Shown here piece by piece: positions 38,282 through 50,845 of a stretch of 64,000 nt of DNA. Every line of letters starts with the position of its first letter. Within the stretch, counting starts at the first letter, position 1. The position numbers were made by a program, and so were the translations under genes. Origin of the DNA: Octopus bimaculoides (lineage: Eukaryota); NCBI RefSeq assembly GCF_001194135.2, contig NC_068999.1, positions 24,455,946-24,519,945 of the forward strand. Reading direction: 5' to 3'. The notes under the pieces are model-generated. The model ran no database searches. It was given only the letters and a program-made list of their open reading frames with translations, and was not told the origin of the DNA.

Positions 38282-38470
38282 GATGTAAAGCAAACAGGAA
38301 TTTCCTTTAACAGTACAGCAACAACCAATGGAGCCAACAAGGACAATGACAGCACCAACTCCAATGAGAACATAAGGAGCTTCTTTATAATACAATGTGG
38401 ACAATTCCATGTAGAGATATAACTGTACTTTTGTCCATATCCCAATAGCAAGAATGGTAATGCCAGTAAT
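38282..38470 (-). CDS. TSPAN7: Tetraspanin exon 2: ITGITILAIGIWTKVQLYLYMELSTLYYKEAPYVLIGVGAVIVLVGSIGCCCTVKGNSCLLYI
   Basis: tttacag| acceptor, |gtaagt donor, 189 nt open in phase 0; end of TM1, small extracellular loop, TM2 and GCC motif typical of tetraspanins. Confidence 0.95.
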
Positions 38471-39606
38471 CTGTAAATTATAAACAAAAATATGAGGTTT
38501 AGCAGAAATGTTTCTTCTGTCAACGATGTAAAAATAAATAAATAAATAAATAAAATTAAACTAAAAAATAAATAACTAACACAGTTCTTTTCCTTTTCAT
38601 TTTTCTTTATATGCATTTGACAAGAATTTTCAGCACAAAATAGTTGTAAAAAACAAATAACAACTGGTTCATACGTTTATTTTCTTTCAAAGTAGCATTT
38701 CCTTTTAATAATTTCAAATTTTTCTGAAGCAAGCATAGTTTTTTCTTTGTTGTACTGTCAGATCATCAATGGCCCTTGGAGACTTACTTGTCAACTGTTG
38801 TATGCTTATCATAGTTTTAATGAGAGAATACAAAGATGGCTTACATTGCTTCCTTCAAGTATTTTTCACAAGACACCACATCTTATCAGCCAAATACAAA
38901 CTACTTTTCTACACTGGCTACTCAGAACAAGATGGCGGTTTGTCCAGATTGCTCTGAAAAAAGCATAGGGCCAGTTTCTCAGCTTCTCTAGTGTATATAT
39001 TTCTCGCTAGATAGAACATTGGTCCTTCACAGGATTACTCATTTTTACTAACTGAGTGAACTGGAGCAACATGAAATGAAGTGTTCTGCTCAAGAACACA
39101 ACTCATTGCCCAGTCTAGGAATCAAAACCACAATCTTACAATCATGAGTTCAACACTCTAACCACTAAGCCATGCGCTTCCACTCAGAACAATATACTGT
39201 GATGCACTTTACTCCACATGCTCTTACACGAATCCATCAACTTGAATTGGCTCTATATTTTTAGTAATTCTCAGAACAATTGAAGGTAAAGATGATCTTG
39301 GCAGGATTTGAACATATAAAATAGATGCCATGTTATCACCAGTTCAAATATGCTTGAGGCATGTTCAAACTCATGAGCAAGTCATTTTGTTAAGGAGAAA
39401 ATTTCTTGTTGTAGACAAATGGTGGTAATAACATTGCATTTATACACATCACTGCTTAATGCTCCCACCCTGTTAATATAAAATATAGAGCGTGAACAAA
39501 ATATCACAAAGCAATTTATTTAATGTTGTAATGATTCTAATAATTTTCCACTATAGCAAGTATGACACTATGAATAGTAAACAATTGAAATATACTCACA
39601 TTTTAA

Positions 39607-39814
39607 CTCTTTAGCATTTGCGTTTCTTTGTCTAATGCAATGCATATTTATTGACATTGTTTTGAATTAATCACAGATTATCTTGTACTTTCAAGATTTC
39701 AATGGAGTGTCTGTATATTTTTAGAATGACATTGTAGGGTAGGTATGAGGGGATGGATCTGGTCAGTTTTAACATAAAATAGGTAGAATATCTGAGCTGG
39801 ATAGGGCTTAAGGG
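39607..39814. mobile_element. piggyBac-type MITE
   Basis: TTAA at 39603-39606 and 39815-39818 flanking CTCTTTAGC...TAAGGG ends. Confidence 0.55.
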
Positions 39815-40249
39815 TTAAACTAAATCATTAAAAATAGCAGCTGTATCACTGGAATAAACAAACAAAAAAAAGTTGTCTCTCTTTTCACAAGAAAAATTAC
39901 ATAAAGATGAGTAAGATTTATGCAATTAATACAGAGCTTAAGAAATAATGTATTTGCTAAAATGGAAGAAAACATAATGGTCTGTGATATGTATAAGACA
40001 AGAAACACATGTGATAGCAACAAGAGATACTAATGCAATGGATAAGTTAACACAGAGGGTGGCTTCTGTATATAAAAACTGAGTTGCTGATTCTGGTAAC
40101 AACATAAATTCAAAATGAACTGAAAGATCCTAGAAAAATTATTCATAACATCTCGATTTCTCTTTTCTTCCAGGAGTCTTTTAAATAAAAGCCCAAAGTT
40201 AATATATATATAAAGATGATCTTGGCAGGATTTGAACATATAAAATATG

Positions 40250-42508
40250 TATGTCATGACAAGATCTGACATACCTACTTGCCACATCAGTAAGAGCTCA
40301 GACAACGTAAAAGTGCTGAGGTGTCATCTCATTGTGTGAGATGAATGCACCATGGGTCACAAAGGAGCTCTTGAAGCTTGAGATTGAACACTAAAAGACA
40401 TTAGGGACTGTCAGGATCCCATAGGGGCTTCACCCTTTTACTGTCTGGGGATCTCAGGCAGACTCTTCCAGTAATTCCCAAAGGAACCAGGGTTGATAAA
40501 GTCTGAGCATGTCTTAAGTTCTCTACATTATGGCACCAGGTCACAACACTGAATCTTAACACTAACATGAGACCTCAACTGTATGGTGACCAACTGTCGA
40601 CAAAATTTGCTGGAGACATTTTGACCCTTGGTGAAGGCAAGATGCCTCTGAATACACGTGGAGAAATTTTACTCAGTTCAGTTTGCACCATTGTTAGTAT
40701 CAGTGGTGATCTCAAATCTGTTGTGTTTCCCAATCTGGCGGAAAATTACAAAAATCTCATTTGGCTATGCGAAAGAGCAATGCTTGTTCCAAAAAACAAC
40801 AATGTCAATAATATCAATAAGCAGCTGTTGAAGTGCTCCCCTGGAACTCCACGAATCTTTAAGTCAGTTGATACAACACCAAACACTGAGGAGGTATCTC
40901 ACAGAATTCCTCAATTCATTGGAACCTCTGGGTCTCCCTTCCCACAGATTGGGACTGAAAGTGGGCTCTCTAATAATGCTGCTGAGGAATTTGGATCCTC
41001 CCAGACTGTGCAATGGGACGTGACTGGTGGTGAAGAAAATGATGCACCCTGTTATTGAAGCGACCATTCTGTCTGGATGTGGACATTTTCATACCAAGGC
41101 ATTTTCATACCAAGAATCCCCATTATTTTGTTGGGGGCAGAAATTCCCTTTACTTTCAGGTGGTTGCAATTTCAAATCTGAGTAAGTTTTGCGATATCAA
41201 TCAACAAATTGCAGGACTTCACCTGGACAAATCGTGCTTCTCACGTGAGCAATTGTATGTTGGCTGCTCCAGAGTGGGGACCAAAAGCAATCTATTCACC
41301 TTTGCCTCGCAAGGTAAAACAAAAAATATCATCTACAGAGAGGTTCTGTAGGCTCTCACTGTATCTATCTCCATGCGTCTTTCAGACTATTTGCCCCAAT
41401 AAACTCACAATCTGTGTAAATGTCAAAATTAAGTGGGTAGGAAGAATATCTGGTCAAGATGTCGATGGACATCCTAGCAATTGCTCTGAGAGAGTTTACA
41501 CAGTCCAACCCAGTGAAGAAGACTTTTCCAGAATCTGAAAACCTTTGATAACTAGGTATGTGGAGCATATTGCGAGGCTTGTTTCAAGCATGGGTTGCTA
41601 GAAGATGGGGCACAGTGGGATGCAACGCTGGCAGAGGCCGCTGCAACAAAGTCCCAGCCTCGGGAGAGTTTACATGGTCCATCACAGTCAGCAGGAACAT
41701 TTCTACCTACGTCTTTTACTGCACAAAGTCAAAGGATCAACATGTTTCCATGACTTGAAAACCTTCGATGACGAGGTATGTAGAACATGCAGGGAGGCCC
41801 GCTTCAAGCACGTGTTACTAGAAGATGGGGCACAGTGTCATGTAACAGTGGCAGAGGCCGCTGCATCAGAGTCCCCCAAAAGTCTCAGGGCATTGTTTGC
41901 AGTGATATTGCAAATATGCATGTTATGTGATCCCAGTTCTTTGGCATTCAAGTACTGGGATGTGGAAAGAGAGAAAGTGTCTTCATATAGAGGATTTCTC
42001 TTATTCTGTCAGAAGCAGAATTCCCCTTTATTTTCAGGTGGTTCCAATTTCTTGTTTGTGTAAGTTTTGTGATGTTCAGCAACAAATTGCAGGGGCAAAC
42101 ACTCTCTGTGGCAGGACTTGACCAGGAGGACTCGTTACTGGTGCTGCCAAAATTGGTAAGTTGGTACATTTTGGTATGTCTTTACCATAAAATTGACTGT
42201 ATTGTAAATTTTAGACATTTTAAATTTCAATATTCTTTCCTTTACATATGTATTTTCATCAAGTTCAATTCATTACGTACCCATATATTTCAAATTTTCT
42301 AAGACAAACCTGTATTTTTCCCTATTTTTGTAGTTGTGACATATTTCACAAATATTTTGCAGGATTTCGTGAAGTTTGGTATGTTTTGGCATGTAATTCT
42401 GTACGTTTTTCGAAGAAACTTTGGCAAAGCTGGTTGTTAGACTAGAAAATAAGTGTTCTTAGAATGATAAAGTTTTCACACCACAAGCAATGCCAGGAAC
42501 CTCTGCTA

Positions 42509-42509
<1 letters not shown>
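40250..42509 (+). mobile_element. Rearranged Helitron remnant (PIF1-like helicase plus central region) with 3' terminus
   Basis: DECTMGHKGALEA; EFLNSLEPLGLPSHRLGLKVGSLIMLLRNLDPPRLCNGT; KTKNIIYREVL*; GRVYMVHHSQQEHFYLRLLL; NKLQGQTLSVAGLD; ends ..ctctgCTAG|T at 42509. 5' boundary approximate. Confidence 0.85.
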
Positions 42510-42550
<41 letters not shown>

Positions 42551-42931
42551 CACAGGTAGGTATAAAGGATAAATATGTATTCACATTTGTCTGTATATTT
42601 TTGAGAGTGTTGTTGAATATCAGTTATGCAATGATGCTTGATCGTGTACATATTTAATCCTAACACTTGCAAATTTATAACTCAAAGTACCACACTGAGG
42701 AGAAAAATAGATAAATATAATTTACTTTAATTTTGAAATGTGTCTGTGGTTAATCAAAGTCGTGTGTATTCATCATTCTTCTTTTTGCCTACATAAAAAA
42801 GTGTGTTATATGCATGCATATATACATGCATATATACATGCATATATAGACACATATATACATATACATACATATATATACATGTACATGCATATGTACA
42901 TATATATATATACATGTATATATATGCATAT

Positions 42932-42970
<39 letters not shown>

Positions 42971-43447
42971 TGAATATATACATATATACATGCATATATA
43001 CATGCATAAATACACATTCTCATTTTTATATATATAGAGATACATGTACATAATTATATATATATATNNNNNNNNNNNNNNNNNNNNNNNNNNNNNNNNN
43101 NNNNNNNNNNNNNNNNNNNNNNNNNNNNNNNNNNNNNNNNNNNNNNNNNNNNNNNNNNNNNNNNNNNCCTTGCCTTCGAAATGCAGAGTAGATGAAACAG
43201 GGACAACTGACGAAGGGAAATATTCTTTATGTTGCATGACTCGTTTCTCTTTTTGTTTTTTTCGTTCTTCGAAAAAAGTTTGTTTTCTATGTTTGCGTTT
43301 CTCATTGTGTTTAATGTTTCTTTTTGATGTCCTGTACCCATATATGCATGTATGTATACATATAGACGTAGGTATGTATATATATGTATGGATATATGCA
43401 TATATTTATATATTATTTACATTATATATATATACATACATACATGT

Positions 43448-43496
<49 letters not shown>

Positions 43497-44515
43497 AACA
43501 AAATAGAATGAAAAAACTCCAGAAGATTTGTATTATATGGTTAAAAAATATATTAAAATTGGTATGTTAGGAAAGTGACATATACTTCAGAATCAATCCA
43601 TTGATTGTTGGCTATAGTTACAAATAGCTGTAATGATATAAAATTTCTTTTCGATAATTAAAAAAGTTATTTACAATTGATACTGTTAATAATGAATAAC
43701 ATATATTGATGTAACTGCATATATATTTCCAATCTTCTTGACATTTTCCAAAATAACCTTCGTTTAAGATGACATTGATTTTTGAGGGAGAAGTGGCAAC
43801 TAATTCTAGCAGGTTAAATGTCTACATAGACACTCACTCTTAGGCTCAAATGTGCAATGCTATTGGTGAAGTTGACAGAAGTGCTGTTGAAGTTAATATC
43901 AAATATGGAATCTGTTAATCTGATGGTAGAATTCACCAAAAAGAAAATGGAGTAGTTTAAAGTGAGGATGAGTTATCAAATAAAGAAAAGTATCATGACA
44001 GCAGTTAAAGAAATATTTTAGAGCTAAGAAACCATTGTTATATGCAATAATAGTGAAGTGAATTATTATATCCATGGTAAAAAGAATTAAATGATGTGTA
44101 AAATGGTTTGAAGTGTAACTACAGCACGTGAAGTTTGTACACAGATCTGAAAGCTGCCAAGTGAGTTAGGAAAACTAAAGTGATTATTTTTAATATTGAG
44201 AGGAGAGAAAGTGTTCATTATCAAGATTGTATATATGAGGAATTATGGAGTGAAGAAATACAGAAGGGAACATATCAGTGAATGATGTCAGAGTTTGAGT
44301 TGCATTTATAGAAGAAAGTTCTTTAATCAAACAACATGGGGTTAGTTCTATAATCTGGATTAGTGGTTTGAAGTAAATTTAAAATGAATTTTTCCTTAGA
44401 TGAGAGAGCAATTTATTAATATTTCAAGAAAATTTTATATTCATATTTAAAGAGCTTGGTGATCTGAGTCGTTTAGAATAAATCATTGTTCCCAGAAATA
44501 TAAGGAAACTTTTGC

Positions 44516-44833
44516 AAAGGCCTGGCCAACTCGAATTACATTGTGGGCCACTTTAATCACAGAAAATTTTTTGAGGGTCACTTGTATACTGACAGAATTG
44601 AAAGCATTTTGCTTTCTCATGCTATTATTACAATAATGAATGGATAAGCATTGATTCAACATGAAATATTATCATTGCAAAATCAATATATTTCTTTTTT
44701 ACATTTCATTACAAGCTTTAATTTTTGATAAAATTTTTTAAATGTTTGTTTGAATAAACCCATTTCAAGAAAGTATCAAACGGGCCACATGATTAAAGTC
44801 TGCAGGCCACAGGCCTCAGGTTGGTCAGCCCTG
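44516..44833. mobile_element. hAT-like MITE remnant
   Basis: Ends aggcctggccaac / gttggtcagccctg with gggccac subterminal motifs; target duplication not seen. Confidence 0.45.
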
Positions 44834-45180
44834 GATTAGAACTAACAAGTTGTGGTCATTTTGACTTCTTAGCAAGGGTAACTAAGCAATTTATAAAGAT
44901 TTTTTGGAGTATGTAAACTGAATAGGACAGAATTAATTATTTACATGATCAATTAATATTGTTGAATATGCAGTCAAGGTGAACAGAAAATCAATGTGTA
45001 GAAAGAGCTGATAGACAACATTTTCTATAGGTAAATATGGTGGTTCAATGCATTAAACTGCCGTGTGGATCAAGTGAGACATGGTAGTTATTCTGATAAG
45101 GTACACTGTGTAATAGAACTGACTTAAACATCAGGAGTTGAAATTCAGCAGAAAACAGAAGAAAAAAATGCACTGCACAG

Positions 45181-47280
45181 ACAGACCTCCTTTAACATCA
45201 TTTATAGGTTCTTGAGAAGTGGGATTTTAAATGAAATGAAGTAAAGTGAAACTAATTTTACCAATAGCTCAATGATAAAAACAACAGCTACATCCTTCTG
45301 ATATATTTTCACAGTATTTTCATAGTCATGAAAACATCAACATATTTCTGAAAAAACACTCATCATATTTCTAGTTATAAATATTGAAGAAATTATTAAG
45401 CAATAAGAACCAGTACAATTATTATTTACTTCAATGAATAAGTCTCAAATTTGTGGTCATGCACTATTTTTCACTGATTTGGGTAAATCCATAAAGTATC
45501 CACACATTAATTTGCTTTTAAACTCTCTTTGGGAGTCATTTATTTATCTATTTATTTATTTATTTATTTATTTATTGTGAAAATGGTCATAGCTTTATTT
45601 AAGTATTGAAAAACATCACACAAATTTTTAATCATTAAAATTCATGAGGTTCTGCATCCTCTTTCAATCATCTTCTTCAGTATGGTGTTATTCCATCTTT
45701 ATGAGATCCCTATTAGATATTTCTTCACTATGAGATTTAAGTAACTCCACTACATCTTGATTTATCTCATTAAATCCAATCTGGTCTGCCATCTCAACAA
45801 TTTCCTGATTAACATTTTGTATTGGTTCTTCATTAACTAGAAAGTCTGCAATGCAGTAAAGATAGATCTTACTCTCAGACAAAAATCATTGTGGTTGCTT
45901 TCACTTGTTGCTCTGCCATAATCAGATGTGTAATAGCGTCCATGATATGATGACCATGCTAATGTCCCTTTACTGTTGGTTTAATTTCCCCATCAAAGAA
46001 TTTAATCAATTGCTTGAAGGTGTGCTGTAAATAGTAGGCACAAATTAGAAATAACCCCTTGGTCTGTATGCTGAATCAAGTTGGTTGCATTTGGAGGCAG
46101 AAAAGTAACTTAAACATTATCTCTCAGGTCATTCAAATTAGATGGGTAATCTGGAGCACTGTCTGCAAGAAGCAAAGCTTTATTTTCAAGGTTCTTAGCC
46201 TGACAATATCCTTTGACAGCTGGGCAAAAACACAAAGTAAACCAGTCTCAGAACACTGTCCTGGTCACCCACTCACTTTTTATTTTTATATTTAATTGTC
46301 ATATAACAGGAACATGTGAATTAGTGTCTCCTTACATAGTTATGGTGTTGTAGAATGATAAAAAACCAGTGTCTTCAACTTTAGATCTCCTAAGCATTAC
46401 ACTAAGTAGGAGAGTAATTTGGTTTTTGGTAGCCTTGAAATTGAATGCAGGTTTTTTTTTTTTATAGAAAACAAAGTATGGAAGTAAATCTGCTTTTTAA
46501 GCCAACTGATTCAATCTTATTTGATCTTTTCAGCAAAGTATATTCTACTCACTGACAAAACTAAGACTAATCAATATTTACAGGAATAAAGGTATGAAAT
46601 ACTGTGATGCTCATTATGTTCAAATTTTAATTTTATTGGAGTTATTTCTTTTACTTGTTTTTAGATCTGAAGCATACCTAGAGAAAGTTTTGTCTGCAGG
46701 TTGCATAGATACACTCAGATAATCACAATTTTTCATCTCACTATATTACAAATGTAAAACTACACTATATTTTTTTAATTTAGTATCCATAATGTTCCTC
46801 CCACGTATTTTCCCTTAGCAATATTGTTCATATTCATAATCAGGAGTCACTATATTCATTCTGTTCTTAGTCTCATGAAATGACAAGAATAGTCTTTACT
46901 GAGGAGGTCTAATAAAAGTGAAACATACCCAGCTGGCTTAAAAACTAGTTCCAATATGTTGCATTTAAAAAAATTTTCCCTAAGAGTTTCTGTTTATTCA
47001 TTACATGGATAATTCAAACATAATTTCAATTCATCAAAAATTCTGCTTTGTTTTCCTACATAAAGTATGTTAACCCACACTTAACTATATGTTCTTCTTG
47101 CAGAAGGTTTCCATGGGGGAACTTTCCAATGTCAATATTTTAACACATAGTGAGTAATTTTTACTCAAAATCTCTATCTTCTATAACTTCTTCAACAATT
47201 TGGTAGTCATGATTGAGATTATACTTTAGTAAGAAAGGCTGATAAACTGAAACAAGTGAAAGTTGTCACTGTGACTACTA
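45181..47280 (-). mobile_element. Decayed pogo/Tigger-like DNA transposon
   Basis: C-terminal EIVEMADQIGFNEINQDVVELLKSHSEEISNRDLIKME and upstream DDE_1-like remnants with many stops. Confidence 0.6.
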
Positions 47281-48171
47281 AAGATTAGATTCACTCACCA
47301 CTGAAAATATCCATTTAATTTTTTGTCAATAATTTTATCTTCTTTGTCCCTCATGACAAGAACTACCATTAATGCCAGAATTTTATCCCCTTAATTTTAT
47401 CCCCTATTCATTGCTTCCCACTTGATTATTAAGTTATTCGCTCACACTAGTGTAAGTAGATCTACTGCTGGTCTTTTGTAGATCAATCCTTCAGTATCTG
47501 TTTATTTTCACATGAATAATAAACAGAATCAATCTTATAAAAAAACATCCCCCTCGAAAGAGATTAGCTCTAACAGTTTTAGAAAAAAAAAAAGCTACAA
47601 ATGGTTTGATTTTTAACTTTTCCCTGTAAACCACTGAAACTTGCTTTAATTAAACAATATTGTCACAGCATTTTAAATGAAACTTAAATACATCAAGATG
47701 TACTGTGCCAGCAAGTACTAAATGATTTGGTGACAAATACAATACGCTGCCAGTGTCAAGGAAATATATTTTTAAACTACTTACTATTAAATTGCTATTG
47801 AAAACAAATTGCCTGTCAACAAAATCTCATTGAATGAAAATTTGTAACGGAAAATACCTAAAATAATTCAGTAACTAAACTTAATATTTTAGAATATTGA
47901 ATAGTAATAATAACGTTTTTAATAGATGAAAATTTGTTTGCTTGTTCATTTTATGTTTGCTTTATCATGCAAGTGTATAGGTTAAAGGCATCCGTTATTA
48001 AGACATTTATTTTATAGGTAGATGCCCTTCCTGTTTTTCAAGTAAGGGATCTCTTATTTCATACAGCACTGAAGGAGCAAAGTGAGCAGGCAATTGATTG
48101 GCAAGAGAAATGCCAACCAGAATCGTGTGTGAACATTGTGACCTTTGTATGAGTGACAGATGTAAATACAT

Positions 48172-48252
<81 letters not shown>
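48172..48252. repeat. (CA)n microsatellite inside a SINE
   Basis: Seen directly. Confidence 0.95.
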
Positions 48253-48255
<3 letters not shown>

Positions 48256-50070
48256 CAGGCTTCTTTTCAGTTCTATCAAATCCACTCACAAGGTTTTGGT
48301 AAGGACTAAGGTTACTAGGACCAGGGTACTGTGCAGTGTACATTAGCCCAGGGTACTGCAAAGTTACTTGGTAGGAAATGAACTTCTTGACCACACAGCC
48401 ATTTGCCATTTACACAAAATACATTTTTTACTTTTTCTTTGTTTCAGTCGTTTGAATGTGGCCATGCTGGGGCACTGCTATGGAAAATTTTATACAACTG
48501 GTTTCTTTTAGTTTCCATTTACCAAATCCACTCACAAGGCTTTGGTCAGCCAAGGCTACAGTAGAATGCACTTACCCAAGGTGTCATGCAGTGGGACTGA
48601 ACTCAGTATCATAAGGTTGAGAAGCAAGCTTCTTACCACACAACTATGCTTACGCCTGTATGCCTATATGTAATATTTTTTAAAGTTACAACTTTACTGA
48701 AAGGTTAGTAGAATGAGAGATTGATAGAGTAATGAGTAAAATACCTCATGGTATTTAGTTACATTCAGTAAGAGTTCAAATCTTACTGACAGTGCTTTAC
48801 CTTCCGTCTTTCCAAGGATTGATAAGATAAAGTATCAGTCATGTAGTAAATCACAATAATCAACTAAACCCCCTCTCCAAATTTGAGGCCATGTGAAAAT
48901 GTCAAAAATTGAATATTGCTGAAGTAAAAACATTCTCTGTGACAATTAGTGCATGAAAGCTTCTTATAATTTTATAGAAAAGATTTTATAAAATATAAGC
49001 TTATAAATGTTAAACGCATTAAAGCAATAACTATTCTCCAGTCTTTATAGAGCACAGCACAGATAATCTACAATCATTTTAGTAATTTAACAGTGATATG
49101 AAATGATCTTTTAGTTCAGTAGGAGGAAAGCATTGTGACAGAAATATTCGATGTGTGTTACAATATTATTGATGATTGCCGTCAAACACAAAATATGGTC
49201 TTTATTTTTAAGATTATGGGGAAAAGACAGTGAAATGGCAGAGTCAGAATAGAATGCTTAGTGGTGTTTGTTCTGACTTCCTGCACTCTGAGTTCAAATC
49301 CTGCCAAGGTCAACTTTACTTTCCATTCTTTCAAAGTCATTTCAATATATCAGTCCAGGATAGTGGATTAGCAGAATTGTAAGAGCATTGGAAGAGATGC
49401 CTTGTGGTATCTGTGCTGAGTTTCAAATTCCACCCCATTTCTGCAAAAGTTGATACTTTTATTAAGAGTTGTAACTAACTGATGGTTTAACTAATGTGAA
49501 AAACCAATGGATACATAGTTTACTTGGTTTAATAAGAAAATCATCTTTGAGGGAGATTTGGTTATTACATTTAGCAATTTGTTTGACTACACAAAAGCTC
49601 TCACATTTTTATCTAATCTGATATATTGGTTTCAAATTGTGGCACAGGGCCAGAAATTTGTGGGAAGGGGTTAAGTCAATTACATTGGCCCTAATGCTCA
49701 GCTGGTACTTTTATTTTATGAATCCTGAAAGGATGGAAAAGTTGACCTCAGCAGAATTTGAACTCAGAATGTAGCAACGAATGAAATGCCATTAAGCAGT
49801 TTGCCCAATGTGTGCTAACGATTCTGCCAGCTTTGCACCTTAAATCTAATTGTTTAGTCTAAAAAAAGTAGGGCCCTGCCTGTAGCCTTTGAGAGTGTTC
49901 CCAACCTATAGCTGATGTTTAGCTTGGACTTACTGCAGGTTAATCTTGGTAGGTGGGGTATGTGAATACCATCATACTCATTTAACATCTACTTCTCCAT
50001 GCTCGCATGAGTCAGATGGAATATGCTGAGACAGATTTTCTACAGCCAGATGCCAACCTGCACCTATTTC

Positions 50071-50845
50071 CTTCTTCTTCTTCTTGCCTTAACCCTTCAA
50101 CGCGGAGTATAGGCCACTTATAAGTGAATTCCATGTCGCATAATTTCTCGCTTCTGTACTTATACTCTGCCATGAATGTTCCCCTATCTCTAGTTCCTTT
50201 TGTGTTGATCTACGCCGCGAGTTCTTAGGCCTACCCCTCTTTCTATATCCATCCGGATTCCACTGTAAAGCACTTTTCGCTGCATTTGGTGTGTCCTTTC
50301 TAATTGTGTTACCAATCCACTTCCAGTTCTTCTTAAATATTTGCTCTCTAATCGGAACTTGATTCGTTCTTTGCCATAGCTCCATATTGCTTATGTGTTC
50401 GGGCCATCTGATTTTAAGTATACTACGCAAGCACCTGTTGATGAATGATTGTATTTGCTTATTTGACTTAACTGTTGTTCTCCATGTCTCAGCCCCATAC
50501 AATAACACTGCTTTTACGTTAGTGTTAAAAATTCTTATTTTGTTCTTTATTGAAATTATACTTGTGCTCCATACTTTTTTTAACAGGTGGAAAGTGGTCC
50601 TTGCCTTACTTATTCTCGTCTTAATATCTTCATTGGTGCCGCCTGAGAATGTTATCTTACTACCTAAATACGTATAAACTCGGCTACATCCTCTAGTTCA
50701 CCGGTTTCTAGTTTAATACGGTCACTGTTTTCTTCATTAACGCGCATACTTTTTGATTTGTCGCGGTTGACTTTCAATCCTAGTTTGGCAGCTATTGCTT
50801 CTAATTTCCTAGCAAAGAAGCTATTGCTTCTATTTCCTAGCAAAG
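50071..50845 (-). mobile_element. 5'-truncated, well-preserved RTE LINE with (GAA)n tail, nested in an older repeat
   Basis: LLYGAETW..FINRCLRSILKIRWP..WKWIG..LQWNPDGYRKRGRPK; long open frames; host repeat resumes (gtaatatttccccatgg) after the insertion. Confidence 0.9.

Noticed and set aside
38278-38616. 112-aa hydrophobic ORF in the track
   Set aside because: Wrong frame across tetraspanin exon 2; the spliced frame gives the real protein.
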